This document shows positions 1 through 9,463 of a stretch of DNA of 64,000 nt, in pieces. Under the pieces are notes generated by a model. It was not told where the DNA came from. It worked only from the letters and a program-made list of their open reading frames with translations, and searched no databases. Source of the DNA: a virus (lineage: Duplodnaviria > Heunggongvirae > Uroviricota > Caudoviricetes > Thumleimavirales > Hafunaviridae); the IMG/VR virus record IMGVR_UViG_2595698614_000001, positions 12,135 to 76,134 of that record. The stretch is one strand, 5' to 3'. How positions within the stretch are numbered: the stretch's first letter is position 1; each line of letters opens with the position of its first letter. A program made the position numbers and the translations under genes.

Positions 1-1
1 C

Positions 2-1000
2 GTGGATACGCTGGAACACACCCCGGACTCGGAGATTCCCGAGGGCCTAACCACGGACTTCGACCCGGAACACGTTGACATGAGCTTCCGGTACGCTCAC
101 GAGGACGCTGACGGTCAAGGCCCGGTGGTCTACGTCAAGACCGAGAACGGCGGGAACGTCTACCCGGCTAAAATCACGGGCGGTCGCGGCGAGGACATGA
201 ACCTCGAATCCACGGAGGTTAGCGAGTTCGGTGAAACTCGAACGTGGACTCGGAAGGGTGACGGAACTGGGGACGCTGAAATCTACGCCTTCTCACAGGA
301 CTACGAGAACTTCCGTAGTCTGGAGGAGGGGGACGACATTATCATCGACCCCGAGCTTCTTGATGTTGAAGACCACCCGTTCCCCGAGGATACGCTTTCG
401 AGAGCGACTATCTCAAGCGACTTCAACGGGGTCTTCGCAAGACCGTGGGCGACCTCTGGTGAAGGTGTGCGAGTAAACCACGATGCGTTCGTGGATATTC
501 GAGAGAACGTCCCAACTTGGGATGCTTACAACATCGAGGAGGGTTACAGGATTGAGTTCACCGTCAACGGTGAGACTCATACCGGACTCGTTGACTTTGC
601 TCCGTTCGGAGACAAGCGGTATCAGGTGTCCGAATACAAGGTCTACGACGAGACGGCTGGAACGACTGTTCGAGTTGACGCTCGTGATATTACGAGTTAC
701 GAGGACACAGACTTCAAAGACCGAGTTGAGGACGCTCCCAACTTCCTGATTGACGGAACGGATTACGTCAGTCCTCCCGATGAACCGGAACAGGCCGAGA
801 AAGGTGACGAGTACCTGCTATGGTCTTACCGGGAAGGGGAATTTGTGAGAGCGCGGGTTCGTTACGTATCCGACGTTCTTGGGGAAGTCAGGTTCGAGGT
901 CATAGACGGTGACGACAAACCATACGAATGGACGGGGAAGAACCCCGAGTACGACAGCTCACTTTTCCCCGTGAAACCGATGGGGTACAAGCCGGACTGA
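2..1000 (+). CDS. hypothetical virion-associated protein (5' end outside window)
   Basis: 332-aa open frame running off the window start; very acidic; co-oriented and tightly packed with the tail module; no recognisable catalytic motif. Confidence 0.45.
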   Translation: MDTLEHTPDSEIPEGLTTDFDPEHVDMSFRYAHEDADGQGPVVYVKTENGGNVYPAKITGGRGEDMNLESTEVSEFGETRTWTRKGDGTGDAEIYAFSQDYENFRSLEEGDDIIIDPELLDVEDHPFPEDTLSRATISSDFNGVFARPWATSGEGVRVNHDAFVDIRENVPTWDAYNIEEGYRIEFTVNGETHTGLVDFAPFGDKRYQVSEYKVYDETAGTTVRVDARDITSYEDTDFKDRVEDAPNFLIDGTDYVSPPDEPEQAEKGDEYLLWSYREGEFVRARVRYVSDVLGEVRFEVIDGDDKPYEWTGKNPEYDSSLFPVKPMGYKPD

Positions 1001-1001
1001 T

Positions 1002-1223
1002 ATGGCAAGCGACGAAATTGATTCTCTGGTCGAAAAGTGGGGCGAGGACACCGTTCAGAAGGCGTTTTGGCTCCAGAACCACATCAAGCACCACGGCGTC
1101 AAAGGGATTCACTTCATGCACCCCGGCCCGGACGGGGGCGATAACGCTGAATCCCATATGCGACAAGTGGGGCCGATGACGGCGAAGCGAATCATCGAGG
1201 GGGAGATGGACGAAACGTACTGA
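1002..1223 (+). CDS. hypothetical small protein
   Basis: 73-aa ORF starting 2 nt after the upstream stop, same strand as the structural module. Confidence 0.35.
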   Translation: MASDEIDSLVEKWGEDTVQKAFWLQNHIKHHGVKGIHFMHPGPDGGDNAESHMRQVGPMTAKRIIEGEMDETY

Positions 1224-1259
1224 CTCGATGTAGTCTTTCTCTCCTATCTGTTCTCTCTA

Positions 1260-1769
1260 ATGTTTCCAAAAGAAGCAGTTTCAACTCTAATCACGAAACT
1301 AAACGGTCGTATTCCCCCGCCTGTCCACACGGCAGGTATTCAGGAGGAACGACCGATTCCGGCTGTTCTGATTGACGGCGTTGACCTTCAGAATCTCAAC
1401 CCTCACAACTCGAACTACGCCGGTTCTCAGTTTGATTCAGCAACGGGGCATGAAGTGGCGGAGATTAACCGCTACTACTACACTCTACGCTTCGACCTCG
1501 TTGTTCGAGACGACTCCGAAACGGGAGCCTACGACATTCTCACCCACCTTCAGTCGGCGCTGGCTGAGCTGAGTGAGAGGCCGTGGGAAACGTTCCACCC
1601 GGATGTGAACGAAATCCGGCTACTCAGCTCTGGTTCTGTGAACTACACGTTCAACGAGCCTGCTGAGACTGAAATACACCAAGCTTTCGAGCTTGTATCG
1701 TTCTTCGAGACGACCGATTCCAGCGGCGATGTGATTGAATCGGTCGTTGACGCAATCGACATTTCCTAA
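1260..1769 (+). CDS. hypothetical protein, possibly tail completion / head-tail joining (by position only)
   Basis: 169-aa ORF immediately upstream of the sheath gene. Confidence 0.35.
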   Translation: MFPKEAVSTLITKLNGRIPPPVHTAGIQEERPIPAVLIDGVDLQNLNPHNSNYAGSQFDSATGHEVAEINRYYYTLRFDLVVRDDSETGAYDILTHLQSALAELSERPWETFHPDVNEIRLLSSGSVNYTFNEPAETEIHQAFELVSFFETTDSSGDVIESVVDAIDIS

Positions 1770-1777
1770 TTCTATCT

Positions 1778-3070
1778 ATGGCTGACTACGGCAACACTAT
1801 CGAACCCGGTATTGTCACGAACGTCAACTCGGCGCTCTCTGTCACTTCGAGTGGGGGCGCTCCCGCCGACGTTGGACTCGTCGGACAGGCTGACCTCGTG
1901 AATGGAACGGCACAGACGAACGCTGTCTATCAGGTCACTCGCGCTACGATGGCCCGCGAGTGGTTTGGTGAGGACAGTCCCCTTACGCACAACGTCCTCG
2001 ATGCTCTCGCGGAGGGGGCCTACCCGGTCTACGCGGTCGCGGTTGACCTCGTGGATGTGACGGGCGAAGACCTCTCCACTCTCTCGTCGAACACGGGCAC
2101 TCTCGCTGAGGGGCCGGTGAGCGAGAACGCCGACGATGTGGTTTTCAACATCGACGGGGTGGAGCTGGAGGCGGTTCTGGTCTACGACGACGTGAGTGCG
2201 CTTACCCCCGGAGCTGGTGAGGTCTACGTTAACCCGGCGACGGGCGACTTCAGCATCGACCCCGAGACTGTCGTGGGCAACACGGGCGACTCCGTGGACT
2301 ACGCGACCGCCGATTACTCGGCTGGCAATCAGGCGCTCGCTGACGGCGCTGGTGGCGCTGTTGACTTCTTCGTTCCGCTGACTGAGGATGCCTCCGTTAC
2401 AGAGGATGCTCAGTCTACGGTGGGTAACATGGCTGGCGAATACAACTTCGCGGTCGCTCTCGTCGGTGCTACGCCCGGCCTTGACCCCGAGACGTACACC
2501 AATTCGTTCGATGATTCTCGCGTTCAGGTCGTCTACCCGGCCCGCAACAGCGAGGGCTACTCCACGCTCGGCTCCTACGCGGGTCGGCGTGCGAAGCTCG
2601 GAATCACGACCACGCCAATCAACAAGCGCCTCTCCACGCAGAAGTCGCTCTCGGTCAGTCTTGACCGCGCGGCCCGTGGTGCGCTGATTGATGAGCGCGT
2701 GGTTCCGCTGGCTGACGAGACGGAGGGCGCTCGAATTGCTGACGACGTGAACACCGTGAGCGACACGAACACGCAGGAGTCGGGAATCCGCTTCGGGTTC
2801 ACTCGTCTCGTGCTGGACTACGTTATCACGACGATTCGCGTGAACGAACAGCCCTTCATCGGTCGGCTGAACAGCCGGGCGGTTCGGGCATCCCTTGAGG
2901 GCCTTCTGAGCAACCAGCTCAAGACCCTGAAGCGGTCGAACGCGATTATCGACTACAATGTGAACGTGTACCGAATCGACGCGACGAGCGCCGCCGTTGA
3001 GATTCAGGTTGAGACGGCCAAGCCGCTCCGCTTCATCGAGAACACGGTCACGATTGGTACGTCGGCCTAA
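1778..3070 (+). CDS. contractile tail sheath protein (P2 FI-like position)
   Basis: 430 aa; first gene of the conserved order sheath-tube-chaperone(frameshift)-tape measure; size typical of sheath proteins. Confidence 0.55.
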   Translation: MADYGNTIEPGIVTNVNSALSVTSSGGAPADVGLVGQADLVNGTAQTNAVYQVTRATMAREWFGEDSPLTHNVLDALAEGAYPVYAVAVDLVDVTGEDLSTLSSNTGTLAEGPVSENADDVVFNIDGVELEAVLVYDDVSALTPGAGEVYVNPATGDFSIDPETVVGNTGDSVDYATADYSAGNQALADGAGGAVDFFVPLTEDASVTEDAQSTVGNMAGEYNFAVALVGATPGLDPETYTNSFDDSRVQVVYPARNSEGYSTLGSYAGRRAKLGITTTPINKRLSTQKSLSVSLDRAARGALIDERVVPLADETEGARIADDVNTVSDTNTQESGIRFGFTRLVLDYVITTIRVNEQPFIGRLNSRAVRASLEGLLSNQLKTLKRSNAIIDYNVNVYRIDATSAAVEIQVETAKPLRFIENTVTIGTSA

Positions 3071-3098
3071 AGACTCAACTTCAACTTTTTAACTCATT

Positions 3099-3644
3099 AT
3101 GTCTGCTTCTAACGTTGACCGGATTGAGAGTGCGGCGAACATCACCCTGAACATCTCGCGTGGCGGCTCGCAGGTCACTACTGACTCTGTTACGGCTCCC
3201 GAGGACAATGGTGGGAGTTTCACCGACTCGGAGCGAGCTGAGGCTGTTGACGCAGGTACGCTCCGCGTCCCCATCTCGCAGTTGGACACCACGAAGGATA
3301 TTGAGATTTCCGAGATTGCGGAATCCAGCCTGAAGGCTACTGGATACTCCGTCACTCGGATTTCGTATTCCGGCTCGATGATGTTCAAGGGCGAGCGGGT
3401 TCACGGCCCCGACAACGAGCCGGTTTCCATCGAGTCGCTTATCTACGACGACGATGGCGTGCCGATTCCCTGCTCCGTCACCATCACCCACGAACTCTCT
3501 GGTAAGACGGAGACGTTCGAGGACGTTCTCGTGACCAGCGATTCCTACGAGGTTCAGTCCGAGTCCGAGACTGAGACGGCCTTCGACTGGATTGCGATGG
3601 ACAAGGTGACGAAAGACCCCGAGACGGACTCCGAGAGTTCGTAA
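3099..3644 (+). CDS. tail tube protein (FII-like position)
   Basis: 181 aa, directly between the sheath and chaperone genes. Confidence 0.5.
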   Translation: MSASNVDRIESAANITLNISRGGSQVTTDSVTAPEDNGGSFTDSERAEAVDAGTLRVPISQLDTTKDIEISEIAESSLKATGYSVTRISYSGSMMFKGERVHGPDNEPVSIESLIYDDDGVPIPCSVTITHELSGKTETFEDVLVTSDSYEVQSESETETAFDWIAMDKVTKDPETDSESS

Positions 3645-3700
3645 ACTCGGCGCTCTCCCCCGTATAGCGCAGTAACTAATTTTTTACACTTTCATTTATC

Positions 3701-4171
3701 ATGGCTGACGAAACCGACAACGACAGTAACGACGTTAACATCTCGAAGCTCCGCGAGCTGGCTCTCAGAGGGAAGAACTACCGCGAGGAGTTTGAAACCA
3801 ACTACCTCGGTGAGACGCTGACCCTCTACCTCAAGCCGCTGACCGACCTTGAGTTCCTGCCGATTGCGGCTTTCCTCGAAGAAAAACTGGACATGGACAC
3901 CGAGGAAGCGAAGGAACGCATCGAGGAGGAGCGAGAGGCCGGTGACGACGACTCGATTGATATTACGAACTTCGACAAGGAGTTCGTCGGTATCATGCAG
4001 GAAGCGGCGGCGAAGGGCGTTGACAACACGCAGGGTGACGCCGAAGGTCTGGACGACGAGCTGGTTCTCGAAACCATCCGCGACCTGATTGGTGGCAAGT
4101 CTATCGAGATTGCGGAGCGTGTGCTGGACATTTCCAGCAACGCAGAGGACGCTGAGAAGTTTCGCAGATAG
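3701..4171 (+). CDS. tail assembly chaperone (gpG / P2 gpE-like)
   Basis: 156-aa acidic protein between tube and tape measure; an overlapping alternate-frame ORF continues to the tape-measure start. Confidence 0.55.
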   Translation: MADETDNDSNDVNISKLRELALRGKNYREEFETNYLGETLTLYLKPLTDLEFLPIAAFLEEKLDMDTEEAKERIEEEREAGDDDSIDITNFDKEFVGIMQEAAAKGVDNTQGDAEGLDDELVLETIRDLIGGKSIEIAERVLDISSNAEDAEKFRR

Positions 4172-4481
4172 TGGGGCCGCGAGCGTAATTTTCGGCCTCA
4201 AGTCCGAGATTGGTGCTGGTTTCGTTGGCTCAGACGACCAGCTCGAACTAACACCGTTCCAGAGACAGGTGTTCGAGGCCGAGAAGGTTCGTGAACACCG
4301 CGAGCAGGAAAAGAAGATGGAAGCCGCTCAGAACGGTAATATGGGCGGCGGAGGTCGCACTCCGAACGCCGCACACCCAAATGTGGGTGGTCGCGGTCGG
4401 CGTTCTCGGAGTGAGACAGTACGGTATGTGAACGACAGTTCTGAGGAGAATCCAGAGGCGAACGTCACGTTCGTTGACTAA
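4089..4481 (+). CDS. frameshift extension of the tail assembly chaperone (gpGT / P2 E'-like segment)
   Basis: open frame offset +1 from the chaperone frame, overlapping it at 4089-4171 and ending 3 nt before the tape-measure ATG; no canonical ATG (an in-frame TGA sits at 4086-4088). Confidence 0.4.
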   Translation: MVASLSRLRSVCWTFPATQRTLRSFADSGAASVIFGLKSEIGAGFVGSDDQLELTPFQRQVFEAEKVREHREQEKKMEAAQNGNMGGGGRTPNAAHPNVGGRGRRSRSETVRYVNDSSEENPEANVTFVD

Positions 4482-4483
4482 TT

Positions 4484-6301
4484 ATGTCTGTTAAAATCGA
4501 CCTCGACCTTCAGGCCGGGGACGTTATGGCGAAGTTGACCGAAATCAAGGGCCAGCTTGAGGCTCTTGAGGACGACTTCGACTTTTCTTTTGACGGCGAC
4601 TTCAGGGCACAACTGGATGAGATTGCTGAAACCCTCGATGGGTTGGGCGACAATCTGGTAAAAGACCTCGATGAAGTTGCTACTCGGCTTGAAGACCTCG
4701 AAATTGACGTAGGCGCTCCCGTTGGTGGGGGCGATTCCGGTGGGGACACCGGGAGTGATAGCGGAGATAAGTATTTCGCTGACAGCTCCGGCTCGGGGAT
4801 GAGTATGCGGGAGATGATGCGGCGCGTTCGCAGTTCGGGCTTCGGTACAACTGCCGACGACGTTGCTGGCGGCGACCTCGACTTTGAGATTGACCGTCAG
4901 AATAACATCAAGAAAATCAACGAGGCTCTTTCTGAGACTCTTGGTGACGGTCTTCTCTCGGGATTCGTAACCAGTAACTCGAATTGGGGCGGCGTGACCT
5001 CTGACCGGAGTAAAGGGGTTGCTTCGCTTCTGGACGCGAAGGGTGTTTCCCCGGACAGTCTCCGGATTGGTCGGATGGGGAAAATGACCAAGCGGCTCAG
5101 CGGTCGTGTCTCGAACCTTCGAGGCATTATCCGTAGCGCGATTCCCTCGATGGCGAAGTGGTGGCAACTGATTGCTCTCGCGCTTCCGGCCCTGATTGCG
5201 TTCGCTGTTCAGGCGTCCGGTGTTGCTACCTCGATGCTCGCTATGGCCGGTGCGGGTGCGGCGTTCATCGGCCTCGGTCTGGTCGGTCACGGTAACAGTA
5301 TGGCCGAGTCGTGGCGGAACGCTCAGCAACAGCTCTCCCAACTCAAGGAAGACCTGTACGAGACGTTCCTCCCCTCGATGCAGACTTTCGCTCCGATTCA
5401 GGACGCCTTCTTCGATATGCTCCCGGCGGAGCTTGGGAAGGTCAACGACGCGCTACAATCGCTCGCTGGAACCAGCTACCAGTACGCCCTGTTCGACGGA
5501 CTTCGGGGAGTTACGAGCTGGATTTCTGAGCTGATTTACTCGATGCGCGACCTCGATTCGATTGCCACGCAGGTCACGATGCGGTTCGGTGGCATCATCG
5601 GGACGAAGATTATCGACTTCTTCGAGTGGGCGACGATTGAGGCGTACCGGAATCAGGAGAGCCTGATTAAGCTCGGTGGCGTCATCATGTCGGTCATTGA
5701 GATTATCTACAATCTCTCTACGATTTTCGCTCACCTCGTCGTGATGCTCAGCCCGGTGATTGACGCCGTGGTTTGGCTGACGCAAGTTCTCAGCCAGCCG
5801 ATGTACCGGGCGCTCGCGTCGGTTATCGTCATGTTCTCGCTCATCGGATTGGTGCTGGCGAAGACCATCGTGACGATTGCGAAGGTTCGCATGGCGTTCA
5901 CTATCCTCGGAATCACGGGTTCGGGCGCGATGGCCGGACTCGCTTCGAGCGCGGTCGGCGCGATGGCGACGGTGAAGGCCGCTGTTATGTCTGCCGTCGC
6001 TTCGCTTGGGCTTCTCCAAGCGGCACTAATCGCTACCGGGATTGGCGCTCTGGTGGTCGGTGGCGGATACCTCGCGTACCAAGCGATGAAGCCGAAAGGC
6101 CCGCCGTCTGTCGGTAGCGGTTCCGGTTACGGCGGTAGTAGCTCTGGTAGTACGGTAATCAACGAGGGAGACACCTACAACTTCAACGTCGATGGCTCGA
6201 CGGACGGGCCGACGACTCAGAAGATGCTGGACGTAGCGAAGTTGAACAATTCGACCGACTCCACGCGGTCGCTCTCTCTTAACGACGGTGAAGGAACCTA
6301 A
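4484..6301 (+). CDS. tail tape measure protein
   Basis: 605 aa; N-terminal coiled-coil/acidic region, central multi-hydrophobic segments, Gly/Ser-rich C-terminus; located right after the chaperone pair. Confidence 0.7.
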   Translation: MSVKIDLDLQAGDVMAKLTEIKGQLEALEDDFDFSFDGDFRAQLDEIAETLDGLGDNLVKDLDEVATRLEDLEIDVGAPVGGGDSGGDTGSDSGDKYFADSSGSGMSMREMMRRVRSSGFGTTADDVAGGDLDFEIDRQNNIKKINEALSETLGDGLLSGFVTSNSNWGGVTSDRSKGVASLLDAKGVSPDSLRIGRMGKMTKRLSGRVSNLRGIIRSAIPSMAKWWQLIALALPALIAFAVQASGVATSMLAMAGAGAAFIGLGLVGHGNSMAESWRNAQQQLSQLKEDLYETFLPSMQTFAPIQDAFFDMLPAELGKVNDALQSLAGTSYQYALFDGLRGVTSWISELIYSMRDLDSIATQVTMRFGGIIGTKIIDFFEWATIEAYRNQESLIKLGGVIMSVIEIIYNLSTIFAHLVVMLSPVIDAVVWLTQVLSQPMYRALASVIVMFSLIGLVLAKTIVTIAKVRMAFTILGITGSGAMAGLASSAVGAMATVKAAVMSAVASLGLLQAALIATGIGALVVGGGYLAYQAMKPKGPPSVGSGSGYGGSSSGSTVINEGDTYNFNVDGSTDGPTTQKMLDVAKLNNSTDSTRSLSLNDGEGT

Positions 6302-6832
6302 ATGAGTAGTTCTGAATTTAATTTCGATGAAGACCCTATCTCGGAGGGGCCAAACGAGTCACTTACTTTCCGAGTCGTCGCCTTGGGGAACCCCGAGACT
6401 GACGGCGAGGATAATGGTGAGGTGAATCGGCCCGCACTTTTCGAGTTCGCGCCGATGTTCTACCCCGACCGTTTCGTTCACTCCTTCGATAAGGAACTAC
6501 GCCGTGAGGGTCAGCAATGCCGTGGCGAAGACGTTTCTATCAAGAATCTAAAGAACTCCGAGTTTCACGCTACCGGGGTCGTTCTTGAGGAAAACCTCCG
6601 TCGCGTTCAGGCGCTCGCGGAACATGATGGGGTTGTGGATATGTTCACTCCGGTTTCCCCGAACGAGGGGATGGAGTGCTACATCAAGGGCGGCGACGTT
6701 GGCGAGATAGAGGGCTGGAATCCTGTTGCGAAGCAATGGATGTTCAGCTACACGTTTGATTTCGTCTCTACTGGCCTCGATGAGTTTGGCAACGATACTG
6801 AGAACGATATTGTGAGCGAGATTATCGAATGA
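6302..6832 (+). CDS. tail/baseplate protein (P2 gpU position)
   Basis: 176 aa; ATG adjacent to the tape-measure stop; synteny only. Confidence 0.4.
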   Translation: MSSSEFNFDEDPISEGPNESLTFRVVALGNPETDGEDNGEVNRPALFEFAPMFYPDRFVHSFDKELRREGQQCRGEDVSIKNLKNSEFHATGVVLEENLRRVQALAEHDGVVDMFTPVSPNEGMECYIKGGDVGEIEGWNPVAKQWMFSYTFDFVSTGLDEFGNDTENDIVSEIIE

Positions 6833-8271
6833 ATTGTGAAGACGCTGAGATTTCGTTTGCGTTTCTCGGGACGGACAACAACCTCGACAATCCGATTGTT
6901 GAGATTCGTCCTCTCACGATGGATTTCCAGCGGAATATCAATCAGTTCGATTTCGTTCGCTCGAAGTTCTCACAAGGCGTGGCTAAACACATCGAGTCGG
7001 CTGTCCTCGATGATGAAGGACTCCTGAATCGGCCCCGTCCCGTCGTTATCAAGTTCGGTGGGATGCCGATTCACCGGATGCTCTACCTCCCCGACGCGGT
7101 TCAGTTCGGGGTCAACAATGTCCACATCGAGCTTCACGACGTACAGAAGTACCTCGACCGTGGAGTTGTGGACTACCAGCGGCAGAACGTCCGACTCGAA
7201 GATGCGTACCGCTACGTGTTCAATCAGCGGGACACCTCGGACGGCGAGATGTTCTCCGGTATCAAGTTCTCTGTCCCCGAGGAAGCCTTCGACCAGCTCC
7301 ACAGTCGGTACAAGCCCGGCTTGGGGCCGATTACGCTGAAGAACCAACAGTCGTGGGACTTGATTCGGCAGGCCCGGAGCGACCAGACCGGCGCTTTTGA
7401 GCCGAAGGCTGAGAGTGACGTTATCCGCGACCTCGAAGCGGAGAACGTTCACAACATCATCGACGGGCACTACGCCCTCGACTTCAAGCAGGTTTCCCCG
7501 TGGGAGGCCATTCTCGAAATGAACGAGAAGTTCGGAGTCACGACGTGGGTGGCCCCGGACGGATACTTGTGGGTCGGTAGTCGGAACGCAACGGGAATCG
7601 ACCACGTTGCGGCTCCCGACGACCCCCGAGTGTGGAAGCTAATCGACTACAACATCACTCCGCCCCGCGACCCGATTATGAAGGTCGTGGTTCGGGGGAA
7701 GCAGGTTCACGACCCGAGCGACAGTTTCGTTGATAATGTCGGGGAGTTCGTGAATCAGAGCCGGAACATCTTGGACTTCCGTATGGAGGGTGTTGCTGAG
7801 CGCCCCGACCTAAACTATGGGCGTGTCATTACTCCAGAAAACCTCGATGCGGCGGCTGACGGTCTAAAGGAAATTGCTAAGCGCCGTTTGGTGAACGAAC
7901 AGCAGAAGCAATGGAGCGGGAACATCGAGCTTCTTCCGTCTCACTCCGGCGAGTCTTGGACTGATATTCGGGACGTTCAAATCGGAGACGGCGTTGTAAC
8001 GATTCCCCCGGAAAGCAACGGCGGAGAGTGTCGGGGGAACATTCAGTTGGAGAAGTTCACGATTACTGGCGTCCACCACACGCTGACAGAAAACAGCGAG
8101 TGGACGCTCCGACTCGATGTGGTTCCGATTACGGATGGACACCTCCACCCGGACAACGTGAAGACCTACAACCGCTACTTCGACCCGACGAGCAAGGAGT
8201 ACGTGGACGAGGAAACCTACGAAGCCCGGAAAGAGGCAGACAAGGGCTTCCAACTGAGCGACATTATCTGA
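6829..8271 (+). CDS. baseplate hub / late control gpD-like protein
   Basis: 480 aa; 4-nt overlap with the upstream gene; sits between tape measure and spike genes as in P2-like tails. Confidence 0.45.
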   Translation: MNCEDAEISFAFLGTDNNLDNPIVEIRPLTMDFQRNINQFDFVRSKFSQGVAKHIESAVLDDEGLLNRPRPVVIKFGGMPIHRMLYLPDAVQFGVNNVHIELHDVQKYLDRGVVDYQRQNVRLEDAYRYVFNQRDTSDGEMFSGIKFSVPEEAFDQLHSRYKPGLGPITLKNQQSWDLIRQARSDQTGAFEPKAESDVIRDLEAENVHNIIDGHYALDFKQVSPWEAILEMNEKFGVTTWVAPDGYLWVGSRNATGIDHVAAPDDPRVWKLIDYNITPPRDPIMKVVVRGKQVHDPSDSFVDNVGEFVNQSRNILDFRMEGVAERPDLNYGRVITPENLDAAADGLKEIAKRRLVNEQQKQWSGNIELLPSHSGESWTDIRDVQIGDGVVTIPPESNGGECRGNIQLEKFTITGVHHTLTENSEWTLRLDVVPITDGHLHPDNVKTYNRYFDPTSKEYVDEETYEARKEADKGFQLSDII

Positions 8272-8272
8272 T

Positions 8273-8710
8273 ATGATTCACGGTATAGTTACATCTACGA
8301 CGACCAGCTCCGGTATTCTCATTGCGGATGTTCAGGTGGCACGAGCGGGGGTAACTTACAAAGAAGTGCCAGTTGCTCATCTCCACCCCGGACACCTTCA
8401 GTCGATTACGGAGGGTTCTCGGGTGCTGATGGAGCGTACCGACGACAATCTGTGGGTCATTATCGGCGTCCTCGAAACTGACGACGAGATTCTACCCGAC
8501 GAAGTGGGTGGACGCGAACAGGTAATGGCGTTCGATGATGGGACTGAGATTAGCGTCAAGCAGGCCGAATCGGATGGCTACGACGTGAATATCAACGCAT
8601 CGAGTGGTGTGAACATCAAGGCCACCGGGGACGTGACGATTGAGACTGAGGGACACCTTCAGTTCAAGTCGTCCTCGGTTGACTTCGATACCTCGGGTGG
8701 TTCCGCGTGA
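8273..8710 (+). CDS. baseplate spike protein (gpV-like)
   Basis: 145 aa, followed by a PAAR-like gene; synteny. Confidence 0.45.
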   Translation: MIHGIVTSTTTSSGILIADVQVARAGVTYKEVPVAHLHPGHLQSITEGSRVLMERTDDNLWVIIGVLETDDEILPDEVGGREQVMAFDDGTEISVKQAESDGYDVNINASSGVNIKATGDVTIETEGHLQFKSSSVDFDTSGGSA

Positions 8711-9072
8711 GCAAGAATCTCGCCGTCCACGGTGCGACGTGTGAGGCTGACGGACACCCTTCGGAGTGCCAAGCCACGGTGACGGGACAGACAAAGGATG
8801 CTGACGGCGATACCTCCGTAACTATCAACGGAGTGCCTGTCACCGACCACGGCGACTCGATGCACTTTCCCTCTCACGCTCACGCATATAGTGGCGACCC
8901 ACCGGCTTGTACGAGCTATTCTTCCCACGACCTCGTTCCCGACGAGTCTCCCTCGTTCACGGTGAACGGTCGCCCCGTCGTCCGGGTCGGGGACTCCACG
9001 AGTGACCCCGGCGCGGGAACGGCTACGGTGATGGATAGCGGCGGGAACGGCGCGGTAACGCACACGGAATAG
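8707..9072 (+). CDS. PAAR-like spike tip protein
   Basis: 121 aa with two repeats matching the PAAR-domain pattern (SVTINGVPVTDHGDS and SFTVNGRPVVRVGDS) plus His/Cys-rich segments. Confidence 0.5.
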   Translation: MSKNLAVHGATCEADGHPSECQATVTGQTKDADGDTSVTINGVPVTDHGDSMHFPSHAHAYSGDPPACTSYSSHDLVPDESPSFTVNGRPVVRVGDSTSDPGAGTATVMDSGGNGAVTHTE

Positions 9073-9136
9073 CTTACATCATATATAAACCCTTTACCAT
9101 TAATAGTAGTAGAGACGGCCCTTCTCCCCCACTCTT

Positions 9137-9463
9137 ATGCTGGATTTAGCCCTAAATAGTGACTTCTCTGTTTTTCTGGACGAAAGTGGCGACCTCGGCA
9201 CGGTAAGTGGGCGCGAGGAGTTTGAGCAGGCGGTCGTAATCCTGTTGACTGAGCTGATGCGGGACGCCGCTATCGGAGAGTTTGACGAGACGACAATCAA
9301 GCAAAAGCTCAAGCTCGAAGCGTCCCGTGTCGCGCGGAAACACGACCATCTATCGAGTATTGATGGCATCGAGGTTTCTCCGCACGACGAGAATCCGAAC
9401 ACCTACGTCCTACGTATCAACTACAAAACAAATCGCATTTTCGAGGAAGCAATTAGCGAATGA
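9137..9463 (+). CDS. baseplate wedge protein (gpW / gp25-like)
   Basis: 108 aa, size and position as for P2 gpW just upstream of the J-like gene. Confidence 0.45.
   Translation: MLDLALNSDFSVFLDESGDLGTVSGREEFEQAVVILLTELMRDAAIGEFDETTIKQKLKLEASRVARKHDHLSSIDGIEVSPHDENPNTYVLRINYKTNRIFEEAISE

Noticed and set aside
3692-4201. Long antisense ORFs overlapping well-supported genes (3692-4201, 16144-17334 over RNR, 22407-23261 over the RM gene, 26528-27358 over rtcB, 35500-36396 over Cas4, 40894-42186, 52366-53628 over the helicase)
   Set aside because: High-GC DNA keeps non-coding frames open; the translations are Arg/Pro/Ser-rich low-complexity sequence without motifs, whereas the sense-strand genes have clear catalytic signatures
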